From assembly GCA_030141605.1 (NCBI GenBank), contig JAQGDQ010000188.1, positions 355,500-419,499 of the forward strand: a DNA stretch of 64,000 nt, written 5' to 3'. A program made the translations under genes and the position numbers. Positions within the stretch are counted from its first letter, which is position 1. Each line of letters opens with the position of its first letter. The notes beneath the pieces are model-generated. The model was not told the origin of the DNA, made no database searches, and saw only the letters and a program-made list of their open reading frames with translations. Below are positions 35,451 through 48,339 of this stretch, one piece after another. This DNA comes from Tubiluchus corallicola (taxonomy: Eukaryota > Animalia > Priapulida).

Positions 35451-38400
35451 TCACTTACGTGGCTGTTGAATGTGTTGCTGCGGCATGGAATGTGGTCTTG
35501 CATCATGCGTTGGTAATGGTTTCGTGTGTGTTGCCTTTACTGCCTGTGGTGGAAAATCCTTATGTCCTTTAGCTACAACTCCTGATATAACAACAGCTGA
35601 CGGTTTTGGTGGACTAGAAGAACATAAACACTTATTCTTACTCAAACAGCAGGTATTTGTATTTGTCTTACTCAAACAGCAGGTATTTGTAAGTTTAAAT
35701 GTCATAAATTTTCAACTGTAAAATAGTATTTTGTCTACACCAATTTAATATCATTTGTTTCATCTCTACAACTTTGCATTTTTTCCAAACCCAAAAAAAA
35801 TTTTGAGACTTCCCATTTCTCAGAATTCTCCCATTTGCAACAATGAAAACAGTAATAGTTACTTAATTTTGTTGTTACCCATAGCAACAATCATACCCTA
35901 TTGATCGATGTGCACTTGCTTAAAATTTTTAATTGTTGACACTTCAAACCATGATTATACAAAGACGAAACCATTTCAGTGAAATTCCATGCCATCTTAA
36001 ATCAATTTAGAGAGCATTGAAAATGGCTTTTGCATCAGAATATTTGTGTTTCTCTCATTATCTCCATTCTGGAAATCTCAGTAATTAAAATCTGAAAATC
36101 TCATCACCTCTGTTCTGGAAATTCCTCTTCATCTTCTGGGCTCAACTTCTCTGGTTGTTTTTTCGATGAATCCTGCTGGGGTGATTTATGTTGTGTAATT
36201 CTCATTCCACCGGCTTTAACTAAAATTAAGATTATAGTAAAATCTTAATGCATACAACAATAAATTTGGATCAAATATATACTTTTAAAAGGATCAATAT
36301 AATTCAAAATTGCAGACGAAAGTATTCATCATAATTATAAAACTATATATAACGATAAAAATGATGCCTCGTCAATGAAAAAAAGATATATCTTTTACTT
36401 ACGATGCAGTTCATATTTACAAAATAATATTTTAATTTTTACTATTAAAATGATCTGCCTTCTCTATACCTTTTGAGAGCAGTGTCATTAGTAATGGTGA
36501 CAGTCCACAGATTTTAAATTACCGGCTGATATGGCATTTGTACTTATTTCCGGTACGGAACCTGATATTTTACTGTAATTGTTTTTGCAAAGTTCTATGT
36601 GTATGTGATTGATTAAGTACACGTACAGTAAATAAAATATTCGTTATTCATTTTGCAGTCGCAAAAAGGGGTTTATGACATAGACGTGTAAAAGCTTATG
36701 AGTCACAAAACTGAAACTTCTATCAAAAAACACAAAACAAATTACATGAATCAGAACTATTTATTTAAAACACTATTTTTATAAAAAAAATTAAGTTTGA
36801 AAAGATTTAGAAATATTTACTTTGCAAAGCAGAACAGTTTAGATAACTCAGTTATTGTACCTGCTTCACATTAAATTGCACCACTTTATTCAAGGAGCTG
36901 TCAAGTTTACTGTCATCTGTTAACTTCCTAACATGTAGACAAACTGGTCATTTTTCCGTCTGTATCAATCTGTAAGTTACAGTTACATAGAGCGCTGTTC
37001 CGTCCTTGGTTAACGATGCATACTATTTTGAAAGTTACACTCATTATATGCACGGTAAATACAATCACAAGCCCGGAAAATTCCTTCGTAATAAGTAAAA
37101 TCTCGTAATATCGGAGCTCGCAGTAAACAATGTTAATTATATTATTTAAGCGTAAGATCTGGCAAGACTTAAAAATTTCCTCGTAATGACCAGAGGCTTG
37201 TCATAACAGGCCTTGTTATAAGTGGATTATGCTGTATTAATAAGTCTGTTCGCTTCAGAAGTAAAAAAACTGCAAAATCAGAGAAGTGCTATCAATGACC
37301 CCATGGAACTATTCTCATAAACTTCTAGTATGCCGCCAAAGACTTTTAGAAGTATATTAATTTTCAAGACTTATTTGTGCTTCCAGCCCAACTAACTCAA
37401 TCTCAACTTATTTGAAACTATGATTTTAGAGTGCTGTCACTGTTGGGCGCCAAGTAAACCACTAGCCAAAGTAGGACAACTGGCTAGCCTAAGTAGGACG
37501 CGGCGTACATGGGCTGCCCAAGTAGGACACTAGAGAGAGGTCACGAATTGAGTTGTTAAGAGTACAGGCACCGTCCGCTGTCCATGTTTATGTAATAATA
37601 ATAATTAAAAACGTCAATACACCTTGAATAATTTATTACACATCTGATAAAATAAAAGAATTTTATTCTGAGCTGGTAGAACGGATAATATTAAATTTGG
37701 CTTCAATATTAATGTTACTGAAGTGAAATAAACCCACTTTTTAGGCGATTTCAACATTTGTTTTTGGTATATAATTTTTTTATTTTGTGTCGCTTCACAG
37801 ATTGGTGATCCATTTCACTACTTCTTGGAATAATAATTGGTTTGTACTAAGTAAATAGGCTAGCGAGCTACGTGCACTACACAGTTTCTCGCTTTAAAGT
37901 ATGCCATTAGGTACTTAGTTTAATGTTATGATTTTATATATATTATTGCAGCTAATAACACTGATGATACTATTGTAAAAATACATTAATTTTGTAAATT
38001 GCCAAGGACTATCCATCATTATTATAAAGTTACTTTTTTTCTAAAACAAATTTAGTTATATGTTTTATTATGTCATCATAATTCTCGATTTTTGTCAAAA
38101 ACCGCCCTAGCCCTACTTGGGCTGCCCATGTACGACACCGCTTTTCCGCAAATTTAGTGCATGCGTTTTACCGGAAGTGTCCTACTTCGGCTAGTGGATT
38201 ACTCGGCGCCCTAGAGTCACTTCACTTTGGCAGGGATACTAAGTGTTTAGACCTAGTTAAATAAAATTAAAACACTAGTTTACCTGGGCGCTATTACACT
38301 TTCGCACCTCCTAGTTTTTTCTGGCCTAATGTTTGTTTTCACGCCTGCAGGCCAGAAAGCAGACCAACAGGCGAAATATACACCATATTTCCATAATATT

Positions 38401-39337
38401 ATTGGTTTATAGGCTTTATAATTCCAGATTAAAGTCATATATTACTTACCGTCACCAACACGCAAGAAGCTCCACGTGAATAACTGTGTTTACACCACTC
38501 ATGCGCAATCGCTCTCGCGCAGTGATGTATGTGGCCCTAACCTGTATTTTTAGTTTCTTTGCATAATTTATGATTGTTATGGTTGCAGCCATGGCAGTGG
38601 GTATCTTATTACAGTGTTTCCTCACTACTTCAAAAATATTAATGTAAAGTATTTATCGCAATATCTTCGCTGTTTCGATGGCATCAGAATAGTGGTAGTG
38701 ATGACGATAACGATAAAAATAACATTGCAATAATGGTGGTGATAATGAGTATATAAACCAAAAATGCCATTATAGTCCTGTGTCAGTCATTATCTTTTCT
38801 TCAAAACAAAAGACTTCCCGAATTTTTCGTTTCTTCTTCACTGTATAGTCAGACCCAAGCTGGCATATAGTAGGAAATTATTTTAGACGACTACAGTTAT
38901 TTATCAATAATTTTATTTATTACTGTAGTATTATATTAGATTATAAAAGTAAAGGTTTTTTCTTTATTTCGTAAATGCGGTTAAGATAAAAGTGTGTCAC
39001 GTGCCTTTTAAGCTAAGCCCTGTTAATGCATAAACTAGTACGAAATTCGTCACGTGACTACACACACACAAACATGATGGCGATACGAACTGTATAGTGT
39101 AGAACTGTGAATACGTAATTATTGGTAATTATACACTAAATATATGAGTAAATTACCACGAGATTAGCGAAAACATTCACTGATGACGTGAGAATAATAG
39201 AATAAACAACGAGCCTAGAAACGAGTAATAACCTAGAAAAAACAAGGCGGTGCGAAAGTGTAGTAGCGCCGCATACCTGCTGGTGCATGACCGCCTTTAA
39301 GTTCTGCCGCGTCACCTGTGCCTTCCACGGAAGACAT
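35451..39337 (-). CDS. DAP: Death-associated protein 1 family, about 111 aa, 3 exons
   Basis: Exons 39337-39277 (MSSVEGTGDAAELKGGHAPA), 36219-36108 (VKAGGMRITQHK...) and 35613-35451 (SPPKP...ISGVVAKGHKDFPPQAVK..H.KPLPTH...HIQQPRK*). These carry the family signature motifs. Confidence 0.93.
35637..35691. repeat. 30-bp tandem duplication near the DAP exon-3 acceptor
   Basis: CTTACTCAAACAGCAGGTATTTGTA occurs twice. Confidence 0.85.
37445..38211. mobile_element. TIR/foldback element in DAP intron 1
   Basis: 34-bp TIR GGGCGCCRAGTAAWCCACTAGCCRAAGTAGGACA with 3 mismatches, plus an inner IR CGTACATGGGCWGCCCAAGTAGG; no clear TSD. Confidence 0.85.
38287..39270. mobile_element. Mutator-like non-autonomous TIR element at the start of DAP intron 1
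   Basis: 36-bp TIR GGCGCTAYTACACTTTCGCACCKCCTWGTTTTTTCT with 3 mismatches; 9-bp flanks GTTTACCTG / GCATACCTG match 7/9. Confidence 0.85.
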
Positions 39338-39651
39338 TGTTCAGCAGACTTGCAGCAGTTAGTAGTAACTTTTTTTCGTGGTGTTCAAAAACCAAAATTT
39401 AATTAAATATAATCTAACTATAAACTTTTCTGGCTAAACGTCCCTCCAAGTCTAGCCAACTGTCCAACTCAGACACTACGGCAAAAGCACGGATGATGGG
39501 AAATCATCGATATTGCTTTTACGTCTTCTATTCTGCGTTATAGCAACGCGCACTAAGTTTATTTTGCCTCACTGCAACACTTGAACCATGGCATGGACAT
39601 TGGACAGTGCGCAGTCAGCAGCAGTCCTGGTCGCCAACTTGCCAGTTGTGA

Positions 39652-40039
39652 TGGGGTGAGCATTCTCTACCAGAAAGCGAGCTATATAATTATAAGTAGA
39701 ATCTAATTCGCGACTTTCGAATCCGAACCGGACTTCTGTATTTCCAATTTGAAACGAATTCAAAATTCAAACAAGTTTTCGAACCACCAGCAAAAAACGG
39801 GTCTTACAAAGATCATGAATATTACTCGGTTTTGTTCTGAAATAAAACCGCTAATAATTTGTTGAAAAATTGTGCACAGAAATCACACTTAAACTGTGCT
39901 AACTGCATGATGTTTCAAAACGTTTTAATGATAGAGAATGTAAATGTAGGTGCATGAAATGTTAAATTATTTGAATCTATAGTTTTAGGTTCGAATCGAG
40001 TTCAAACGATTGAAGCTAAACATTAGGCGCTCACCCTTA
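39652..40039 (-). mobile_element. MITE family A, copy 2
   Basis: Ends GGGGTGAGC ... GCTCACCCTTA; the internal core is the reverse complement of 13078-13260; ACTTGCCAGT occurs near both flanks. Confidence 0.75.
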
Positions 40040-40111
40040 CTTGCCAGTGGTTGGCATAATAAACAAAATCGACTATAATTATTGCAGATCATCAAGTCAA
40101 AAATTTCTAAT

Positions 40112-41289
40112 GGGTAAGATTTACTAGGAGACGCCCAAAAGACCAGCAGCCAAAAAACCACAGGTCACAAGACCCATGAGCAAAGGCCCACCAGTCAAAG
40201 TACCAGCTTTAGCACTAAAAGTAGGCAAATAACTGCCTATCAGTAAAAGTAAACGTTGAACATTCAAATTTAATTCAAGCGAGTTGTTTTAGTTCAAATT
40301 TGATCCTAACCTAAAATTTAAATTCGAATAATTCAGCACATCAACCGCATACATTCTTTATCATTAAAACGTTTGAAACGTCATGCAATTAGCACAATTC
40401 AGTTGCGATTTCTGTGCACAATTTTAAAACAAATTATTGATAGTTTTACAGCAAAACAAAATTTAATAATTTATATGATCTCTGTAAAATTGAAAGGCTT
40501 TGGCTTACTGTTAATATTTTATTTAATAAAGCGTAACTGATAATTTTTGGTAATAATATTAATGATTGATAAATGTATGTGTTATGCTTTTTTATTTTAT
40601 TTTATTTAAAATTTATCTCATACAGTAGAAAGTAGGTAGCTTTGTAAGAAAACTTAAATACATTCTGTTATATACAGATGTTATTGATAGCAGGCTAATA
40701 AAAGCACGTCAAGACTAAGAAATAAAAACTTATATACTTGAATCGTTTTAATAAAGAAGGCTTGAAGATAAAACTTTAGGGAGTGTATTTGATATAAAAA
40801 TGCCATTTTGTAACAGATTGTGCTCACATAATTATCGGCCCTAGCATTTCATAGATTTGATATATTTTCCTCAAACAACTACGTGTGAATAATTGCATGG
40901 TTAACAGCTGGTGAACATGCTATCATTTTGGGGTTCATTTGTGCGTGTCATTTGTCATCTTTGGGAAAGCTTTTAATGTTTGCTGCTCGTTGCATGGAAG
41001 GTATTAAACATGTTATTCCTTCATCTTAATTAGTGATTATCAGCAATGAATCTGAAATAATGGGGTTTGAAAAGGGCTCATGGAAACTGAAACCAAAACA
41101 TCCTTTTGTGTGACATTCAGACAAAAACGAACTTTATTGTCTATGCCTCGTGGGTGTGTTCTTCTTTTTTTTCAGATGAGTCTTTGACCAGTGGTCTTGT
41201 CTGTAGTGGTCTCTTGACTGGTGGTACTTTGTCTGGTGGCCTTTGACCTGCGGTCCTTAGCCTGGTGTTTCTTTATTTTTAACTGACCC
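40112..41289. mobile_element. Foldback-like element with about 15-bp subterminal tandem repeats, nested with family A fragments
   Basis: The left array CAAARGACCACCAGT-like (40135-40207) is mirrored by ACTGGTGGTMYTTTG-like repeats (41180-41270); ends GGGT...ACCC; it contains a family A core at 40322-40490. Confidence 0.7.
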
Positions 41290-44200
41290 GATAAAAACAA
41301 TAATAATTTGTTTAAAAATTGTGCATTGAACACCAACTAAATTGTGATGTGTCGAATTCAGGTAATAAAGTCACTGTCGATGTTCACTCATATTAAACAA
41401 CGGATTACATTCAAAATGGTTTAGCACTACGTATTAGTTCACTGATAGAATCACACGCAGTGTGCGTATCTATGGCTTGACAACAAGCCGAATAGTGCTT
41501 CAAAAGTTTTTCGTTCTTTAAATTCCTTCCTTTTTATTTTCGTTATTTGCCACTCTTTTTAATAGCGCTAGTGTCGTAAGTGGAGAAAACTAGGCGAAGT
41601 GAACCATTTTGTTGTGTCTTGCAACATTTGTGAAAATTTACGGAAGTCTTGGTGAAGCAATTTACTGGAATTGGGTCATTTATAATTTCGTGTTAGTGTG
41701 CCTGTTTAGCTTCAAAATAGGTAGGATAGAATGCTTTCGTATTATGGTTGACTTCAGTGTGTGCTTACCTAACGGCGTATCTGTGTTTGTTGAAGTTTTG
41801 TACGTAGGACCTAGTTTTGTTTGTCAAATTAAATTTTTGGTTGTTTAAATGTCGAGTTAAAATTCTTAGCAGTGGGTGCTTTTGCTTCATGCGAAATTTG
41901 ATGGCATGAGTTGGACCTAGAGCCAGTAGAGGGTATAGCAAGAACTTAAAGAAACCATACTATAGTATAGGACATCTGTTAGGCAACATTATTTCTCTTT
42001 GAAGATTTTTAATCTGTGGAATTCATTCTCAGATCATGTTGTGACTGCCCCGTAACTTAATACATTTAAGGTCAGGTTGGATCAATATTGAAGAAGATTT
42101 TGGCATCAGAGTAGGCCTATCCTTCCACCAGGTACTCACAGAACGTTGCGGTTTTATCACTAGTAGAGATGTCGAGAATGTTGCACAGGTCTAAGACCTT
42201 AGTCAGCGCATCATTAAAGTAACAAAGTATATAATGTGACAATGACAAATACAGCTTTTATTTTTTACCAAGTTTCAAAGCTTTGGTACAATTTATGTGT
42301 AAGTTAAATTCTCCAGAGTCATTGACTTTATTAGTTATCATTGAATGCATGAGAATACTTGTTTGGTGTTGAGCTTTTTTGTTAGACTGAAGATAATTTT
42401 AATTTGATAAAATAAATATTGTGCTGGTCTATTCAGTATGTGTTATGAACAGGTATATGTGATACCGTAAATACATACAATCCTCTTCATCAAAATGGCA
42501 AGCAAATTGACATCAATAAAAGTGCGAGTTTGCAAGATCAAAAGCACGTATTTTGTTCACTTTGTACATATAAATTTCTTTTTTCCACCAATCAACGATT
42601 ACTGTTTACTTGTTTTTCATTACACTTTTAGCTGCAAGAGCTCTGTGACATACAGTCGAACTTTTCTTAATTTATCTATGTGGTTATCACTAATATCTTG
42701 CACAGATAATCCCCATTTATTAATGTATATTGACCTACATTCAAACATATGTTCTTTAATATCATTTGCAAAATGACAGAATGAACATTTCAAATCTTCT
42801 TTATATGAGTTTTTAAAATTTTGGTTTTAGATCAGTCATGTTCAACCTTATAGCCATAATTCTTTCATCTCGTCTAAACGACATTTTAACACGTAGTCTT
42901 GCCTTTGAAAATAGGCAACAATGCTGTGTGGTTTTTACAATCGTCAGATATTCTTACGGCATGCAATCCACAAATGTAATGTGTTGATTGTGGTGTGTCG
43001 TTTGAGGTAGGATTCATATTGTGTGAGTGATTTTCATGGAAATTTTCGAATACACATGCATTTATATGGCACTATGTTACGCATAATACAATACTACATT
43101 CACGTCGTCGCCTACTTGGTATTATTAATTCACTAACCATTTGAAGCCCAGCAGAAGATTTTGCACAAAGTGGAAATTGTACAAAATGACAAATACTATA
43201 TTTTAAACCCATCCGTCAATGATCAGTGTTAAATACGCAAACATTCTCATAGCGTTTGTGTACAAATCTCCCTTAACGATTGTACACTACTTGGGAGCGC
43301 ATAGTTATAGGCCATCAGTACAGTCCCAACAGAACAGAAACACTGAGGTTTTTTAACATATTATTAAGATTATGCAAAGAATGTACAGTTACTTTTTACT
43401 GAAAGAAGGGTATCGATTAAGTAACTTGTGTTTTGTTTCAAGTTTCGGCCATGTACATGTATTTTCGAAACGTCATTTCGCAGCTTTGACTACTGCAATT
43501 TTTAAAGTCAGTTGTTATTCCTCAAATTTAGCTCAGGTTTTTGGGGTTATACGATAAATTTTCACACATGAGGTTTTCTTTCAGTTCAAGTATAATCTCT
43601 AAATTAATTAAATACTACTTAGACCTATGTACATGAATATTATGTTGTCGATTTATTCGGGCAAAAGTCTAACCATGATTACCATAAAAGTAATCATTTC
43701 TTTCCTTCAAATGTATACTTTGGTGAAATTGCCGATTGCTTTTTCGCTTGGCTTTGGTAGTGGCTCATCTACTTTGGGATAGCTGGAAAATAGCAAATAG
43801 CATTAAAAATTAGAAAAATAAGTTTGGTATCTAAAACTGTGCATGGGTTTAAAATTTGAATTGGAAGTTGTCGCAAGTCTTACCACAATCCTAAACTTGT
43901 AAAGTTATTATTTCACACTTATGTTTAATTTACAGGTTTTGTCATTTTAAAGATAAGTACAACAAGCCAAGTACAACAAGGGCTAGTTGTACTTATAGAG
44001 AAAAGCAAAACATTTCCATAATTCATGAAATCGTTTTAATGAAGAACATTTGTAAACAGGCTGTTAAATTCAATTATAATAGTTTAACTTAATCAATTAT
44101 TAAAGTTGATTGACCGAATAAGTTCAAGGTACTTGCCATCTGTGAGCTTCAAATTACCTATGATTTTGACTTCAAACAGTTAAGATTCTATTGTCTAAAA

Positions 44201-47200
44201 CATTTATTTGCTCATTTTTCTCAAAAGGACAAGTTTCAACTTCACACCAAAGATGGCAAAATGCCTAAAGTCAACTTGACAGTTTGAAAAACCTTGTTGT
44301 GAGCTAATATATCTTGATATATTTATAAGGCATATTATCCTGCTTAGCACATGCCCTGTCATGTTTTCAGTCACACTCACAGTCTTTCAGCCACTTAATG
44401 AAAATGGGGTGTTACCATAATTTACGGATAATCATAGCATATATGGTATATATAATTCAATCATATATGGCTTAAAAAGTAGCTTTAGTATTTAATAAAT
44501 CTATTTATGACATATATAAGACATCATACCTCTATAAAGTGAGTCAAAAGCATCACCCAGGACTATACAGCTAGTCAAAGCATGATACATGTATTAATGT
44601 TGTACAAGTTGATCTTCAAGAACAGGTGACTGACTTCATTAAAATCCTTTTTTTGAAAAACTGAGTTATTTGTCACACTCCTTTGAAGTTACATATATGC
44701 AGTCAGCAGCACCTGTAATGACTTTTAGCGTCATTAGATCAATATCTCTGTCAGTAGTATTTCTGCAATGCTGTAAATGTTATATAGTGTTTAGGAACTG
44801 ATCATTGTATTGTAGTAGGGCGTCCACTGTCCATCCCACACTTAGTAGTTTCACTTTTCCATGTAATTTACAAAGTAATTCTTTCTCGGTGTCACACTTA
44901 CTGTGGTGTTTGTGTTCTTCAGCTACCATGAATTACAAGTAAATTCATGAATTCTAAATGTCACTAGAGGTTTCTTCGGTTAGTTGCTGTTCTTCATTTG
45001 TTAGCAAACTATTAGGTACCTCAAACATTTTTTTGTTCTTGTCAACAACAAAGCTTTTGTGACTGTGTGTTGTGTTTTTCTTGTTGTTGCGACGGTTGTT
45101 ATTTTATGCATTTGTGAAAGTAACAGTGCTATTGAATTGTCATTCTAAGCAATGCCAAACTGTTTTCACAAATTGCATTTTGGGGGTTTAAAGCCTGAAA
45201 ATTGCCAAGAAGGGTAGTATGTCCTATAATATATCATAAAACAAGAGGTTCCACAGAAAAAAAATTTACATTAAATAGACTATGGTCACTGGATAGTTGG
45301 TTTGATCCTGTACTTGTGCAACACTAGTTGAACCTAACATAGAGATACCCAAGTCTGCCTTCCTGTGTCTCAGCAAAAGAGACTTTTCCCTTATTTTTCA
45401 ATTATCAAGATGTTTAACACAAAAGTTAATATGATGAATGTGTATTTGTCTTTGCTCTAAATGGAAGTAGAAAACTAAAAATACTTATGTGCAGTGATGT
45501 TGTCTTCGGTTTATTTTGGAAATCTTGCCTATTTAAATTGTCACAGTCATTTGCATTTTATATAGAATAATACAAGTTATAAAATTGAAACTTATCTTTT
45601 TAGAAAATTTCTTGTTTGATTAATGTTTTTCGCTGCTGTAACCTCGATTTTTTTTGCCTTAAAGGTTTTTGCTGCTATAAGTAAGTTTGTTAGCTTACTT
45701 TAACATGTAGTCTATGAATAATGAAAGATTAGGGAGATCTAAAATTTCTCCCTAATACTGTAATTGATTTTGGGATGTAATTTAGACTTTAATTATGATA
45801 GGAAATATGTAATCGTAAGATTCTTTGAAGTAATCAGGGTCTAGAGTAACTAACAAAAATGTTTAAAAGCAAGAATTTATTTCAGATTATTATCCATTGA
45901 TTTCAGATTATTAAGCACTAAACAAAATTTGGTTAGCCTCAAATAAAATTATTGTAAAAATATTTTGATGCACACAAAAACCTTTGTATGGAATCTTTGG
46001 TTTCTGACAAGCAGTCTTAAATGTCGTCAAATGCCTAATAACAAACTTATCCCTGCTGATTGCATAAATGTCTTCTTTGTGTTATTATGTACACAAAATT
46101 AATTTTCATGGCGTTCACATATTTGTGTATAATTGGAAAAAAATTAGCAAAAAATTTTGATGCTTTGCTGTTATGTTGATCAGTGATATCGATAATTATT
46201 TTCTACATCATCTCCAGAGATTGCATGTCGTCTGATGGTTAGAGACTATTTGATTTGAGACTAGCAAAGCCAGGCGAAAGAATTTTGCAGCTAAACTCAC
46301 AACAACAATCCACACCAAACCAGCCGTTTGACACTGTAGAAGCAAAATATGTTGGCAGAATATAGTAGGTGACGTCATTAACAATGAGTTTTGTGCTGTT
46401 TACTTTCCTTTACGACACAGATTAGCAAGTTTTCTCATCAAGTTAACTCACTAAGTAACTCACAAGAGTGTTCAATTAGTGTTAGAGTTTGTGATTTTTT
46501 ATCGAACAATAACTTGTACACACTTGCAAGTTAGCTGTCAGAGGGAAAATTGGCATTCAGAGAAGAGGCACACATTATCATGAAGTTCAGCTCCTCTTTT
46601 TTCCGTAGAGCTATTCAATGACCGTCTCGAAGCCATAATAGGACGTTTTTCTACATTCTACTGGTAACCTACATTCTACATGGTGCTCAGTCAAAATTTC
46701 AAAAAAATTTGAGTTCAGGAAAATGCCCGTTCCTCCCAGTGGCCCTAATTCAAAAGAAAATGCTCTGCCATTGAGAGGTGGAGAGCTTTCATCTGATGTG
46801 GGATCGCCTTCGTTGTAGCTGTACATAGTTCTGAAAACCACACTATGCAACCATACCAGTAGAATTAGTATAAAAGTTGGTTCATGCTAAAGACACAAAT
46901 CTGAAGTTTTTCAATGTCAAGAGGCAGTTCGTTCATACTAAATGTATTCAGTTTCATAAATTTTAACTCTGCAAAGTTATTATAATTACACACTTGTAGT
47001 CTGCTACACAAATTGTAGAGATAAATGAATAACCAGGGCCATCAAACCAACCACCACTAAGTAACAAAAATGCATAATGTGTATATTTGTCGTATAAACC
47101 ATAATTGTTGTTATTGTAGTTGTTGTTGCACATAGACTTAAGATCAACTTGCATTCAATTAATCATGTTTAAAAAGACAAAAGCAAAAAATAAGAAGTAT

Positions 47201-48339
47201 CATCAGACACATATTATTGTGAGCCTATTATGTTTGTTTCATTTATAACATTATTATTATAATTATTATGGATTTGTATTAAAATAATTTTTTGAAAAAG
47301 TGTTTGTTACTCTCGTTAAATTAAACGGAGGGAATACTTCATTCTATTTGGCAAGGTCTTCCAAAAAAACTGTGATTTCTGGTATGTTTGCAAAATTTCC
47401 CAAGTAATTCCTTATTACACATATTTCAGCCATAGTTGGTGATATTACTAACTGTTTTTATTTTAGTATGATTTTATTTATGCAAAAATCATATGATGTA
47501 CTGAGCTGTGGTGTGTCAATTTTTTACCTAGAAATAGAATCGATTCCTACATAGAATGCACTATTTTAGTAATATGTAAAACCTAGTGTCATGCATTACG
47601 TTCCCTGTCAACTGGTTAATGCCATAAACAAATTATTGAAAAGGACACTCTAGGGCTGTGTGGCATTGCAGTCCTCTTCAAATAATACCTGGGAAATAAC
47701 AGTCAAAGAATCAATAGGTACCCACATATTACATATTAAGTGTTCTGTATAAAACACTATGAGTGTCAGGTTGCCAAGTAAACCCACATGCATGCATGAC
47801 ATAATGACAACTGACCTAGAAGTAATAATATGATGTGTTTGTTCAAGATACAACCTTTATAAGTAATATTTGTACAGCATATCTGACAACAAATTGGTAC
47901 GTTGGAAAAATGTTAGCAAAAAAACAAAGTGCGTCAATTATCCGATAGGTTATATTTCTCAGTGCATTGCATACTGCCATGCACTAAAAGCTAATACTAA
48001 TTGAAGATTGATTGGTTGTACAATGCTAGAGATGCCTAGACCTTGACACTGTCCTGCTGTTCAATTCTTGAACTACATTACTTGTACTTCAGTTACTGCA
48101 CGGTAACATTTTATACTAAATATTTTGTCCTCATCATAAATGTTATATTTTTTAAAAGTACATTATAAATATGCTATTATTAGCTATTACTTGTGATTAA
48201 ATTATTTTAGGTATTTTTTATGTTTTTAAGGTTTTGTGCTGTCTTCGACTCCGATGAGGTGTTCAAGTTGCTAAAGCCTGCACATTAGTAGTCTTGTTTC
48301 AAGTGGAATTTTATACAAAGTATTTACGTATATGACGTT

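Noticed and set aside
43360-46920. Possible further MITEs in the UBL3 5' intron (about 43360-43600 and 46565-46920)
   Set aside because: TIRs are too degenerate to support by eye.
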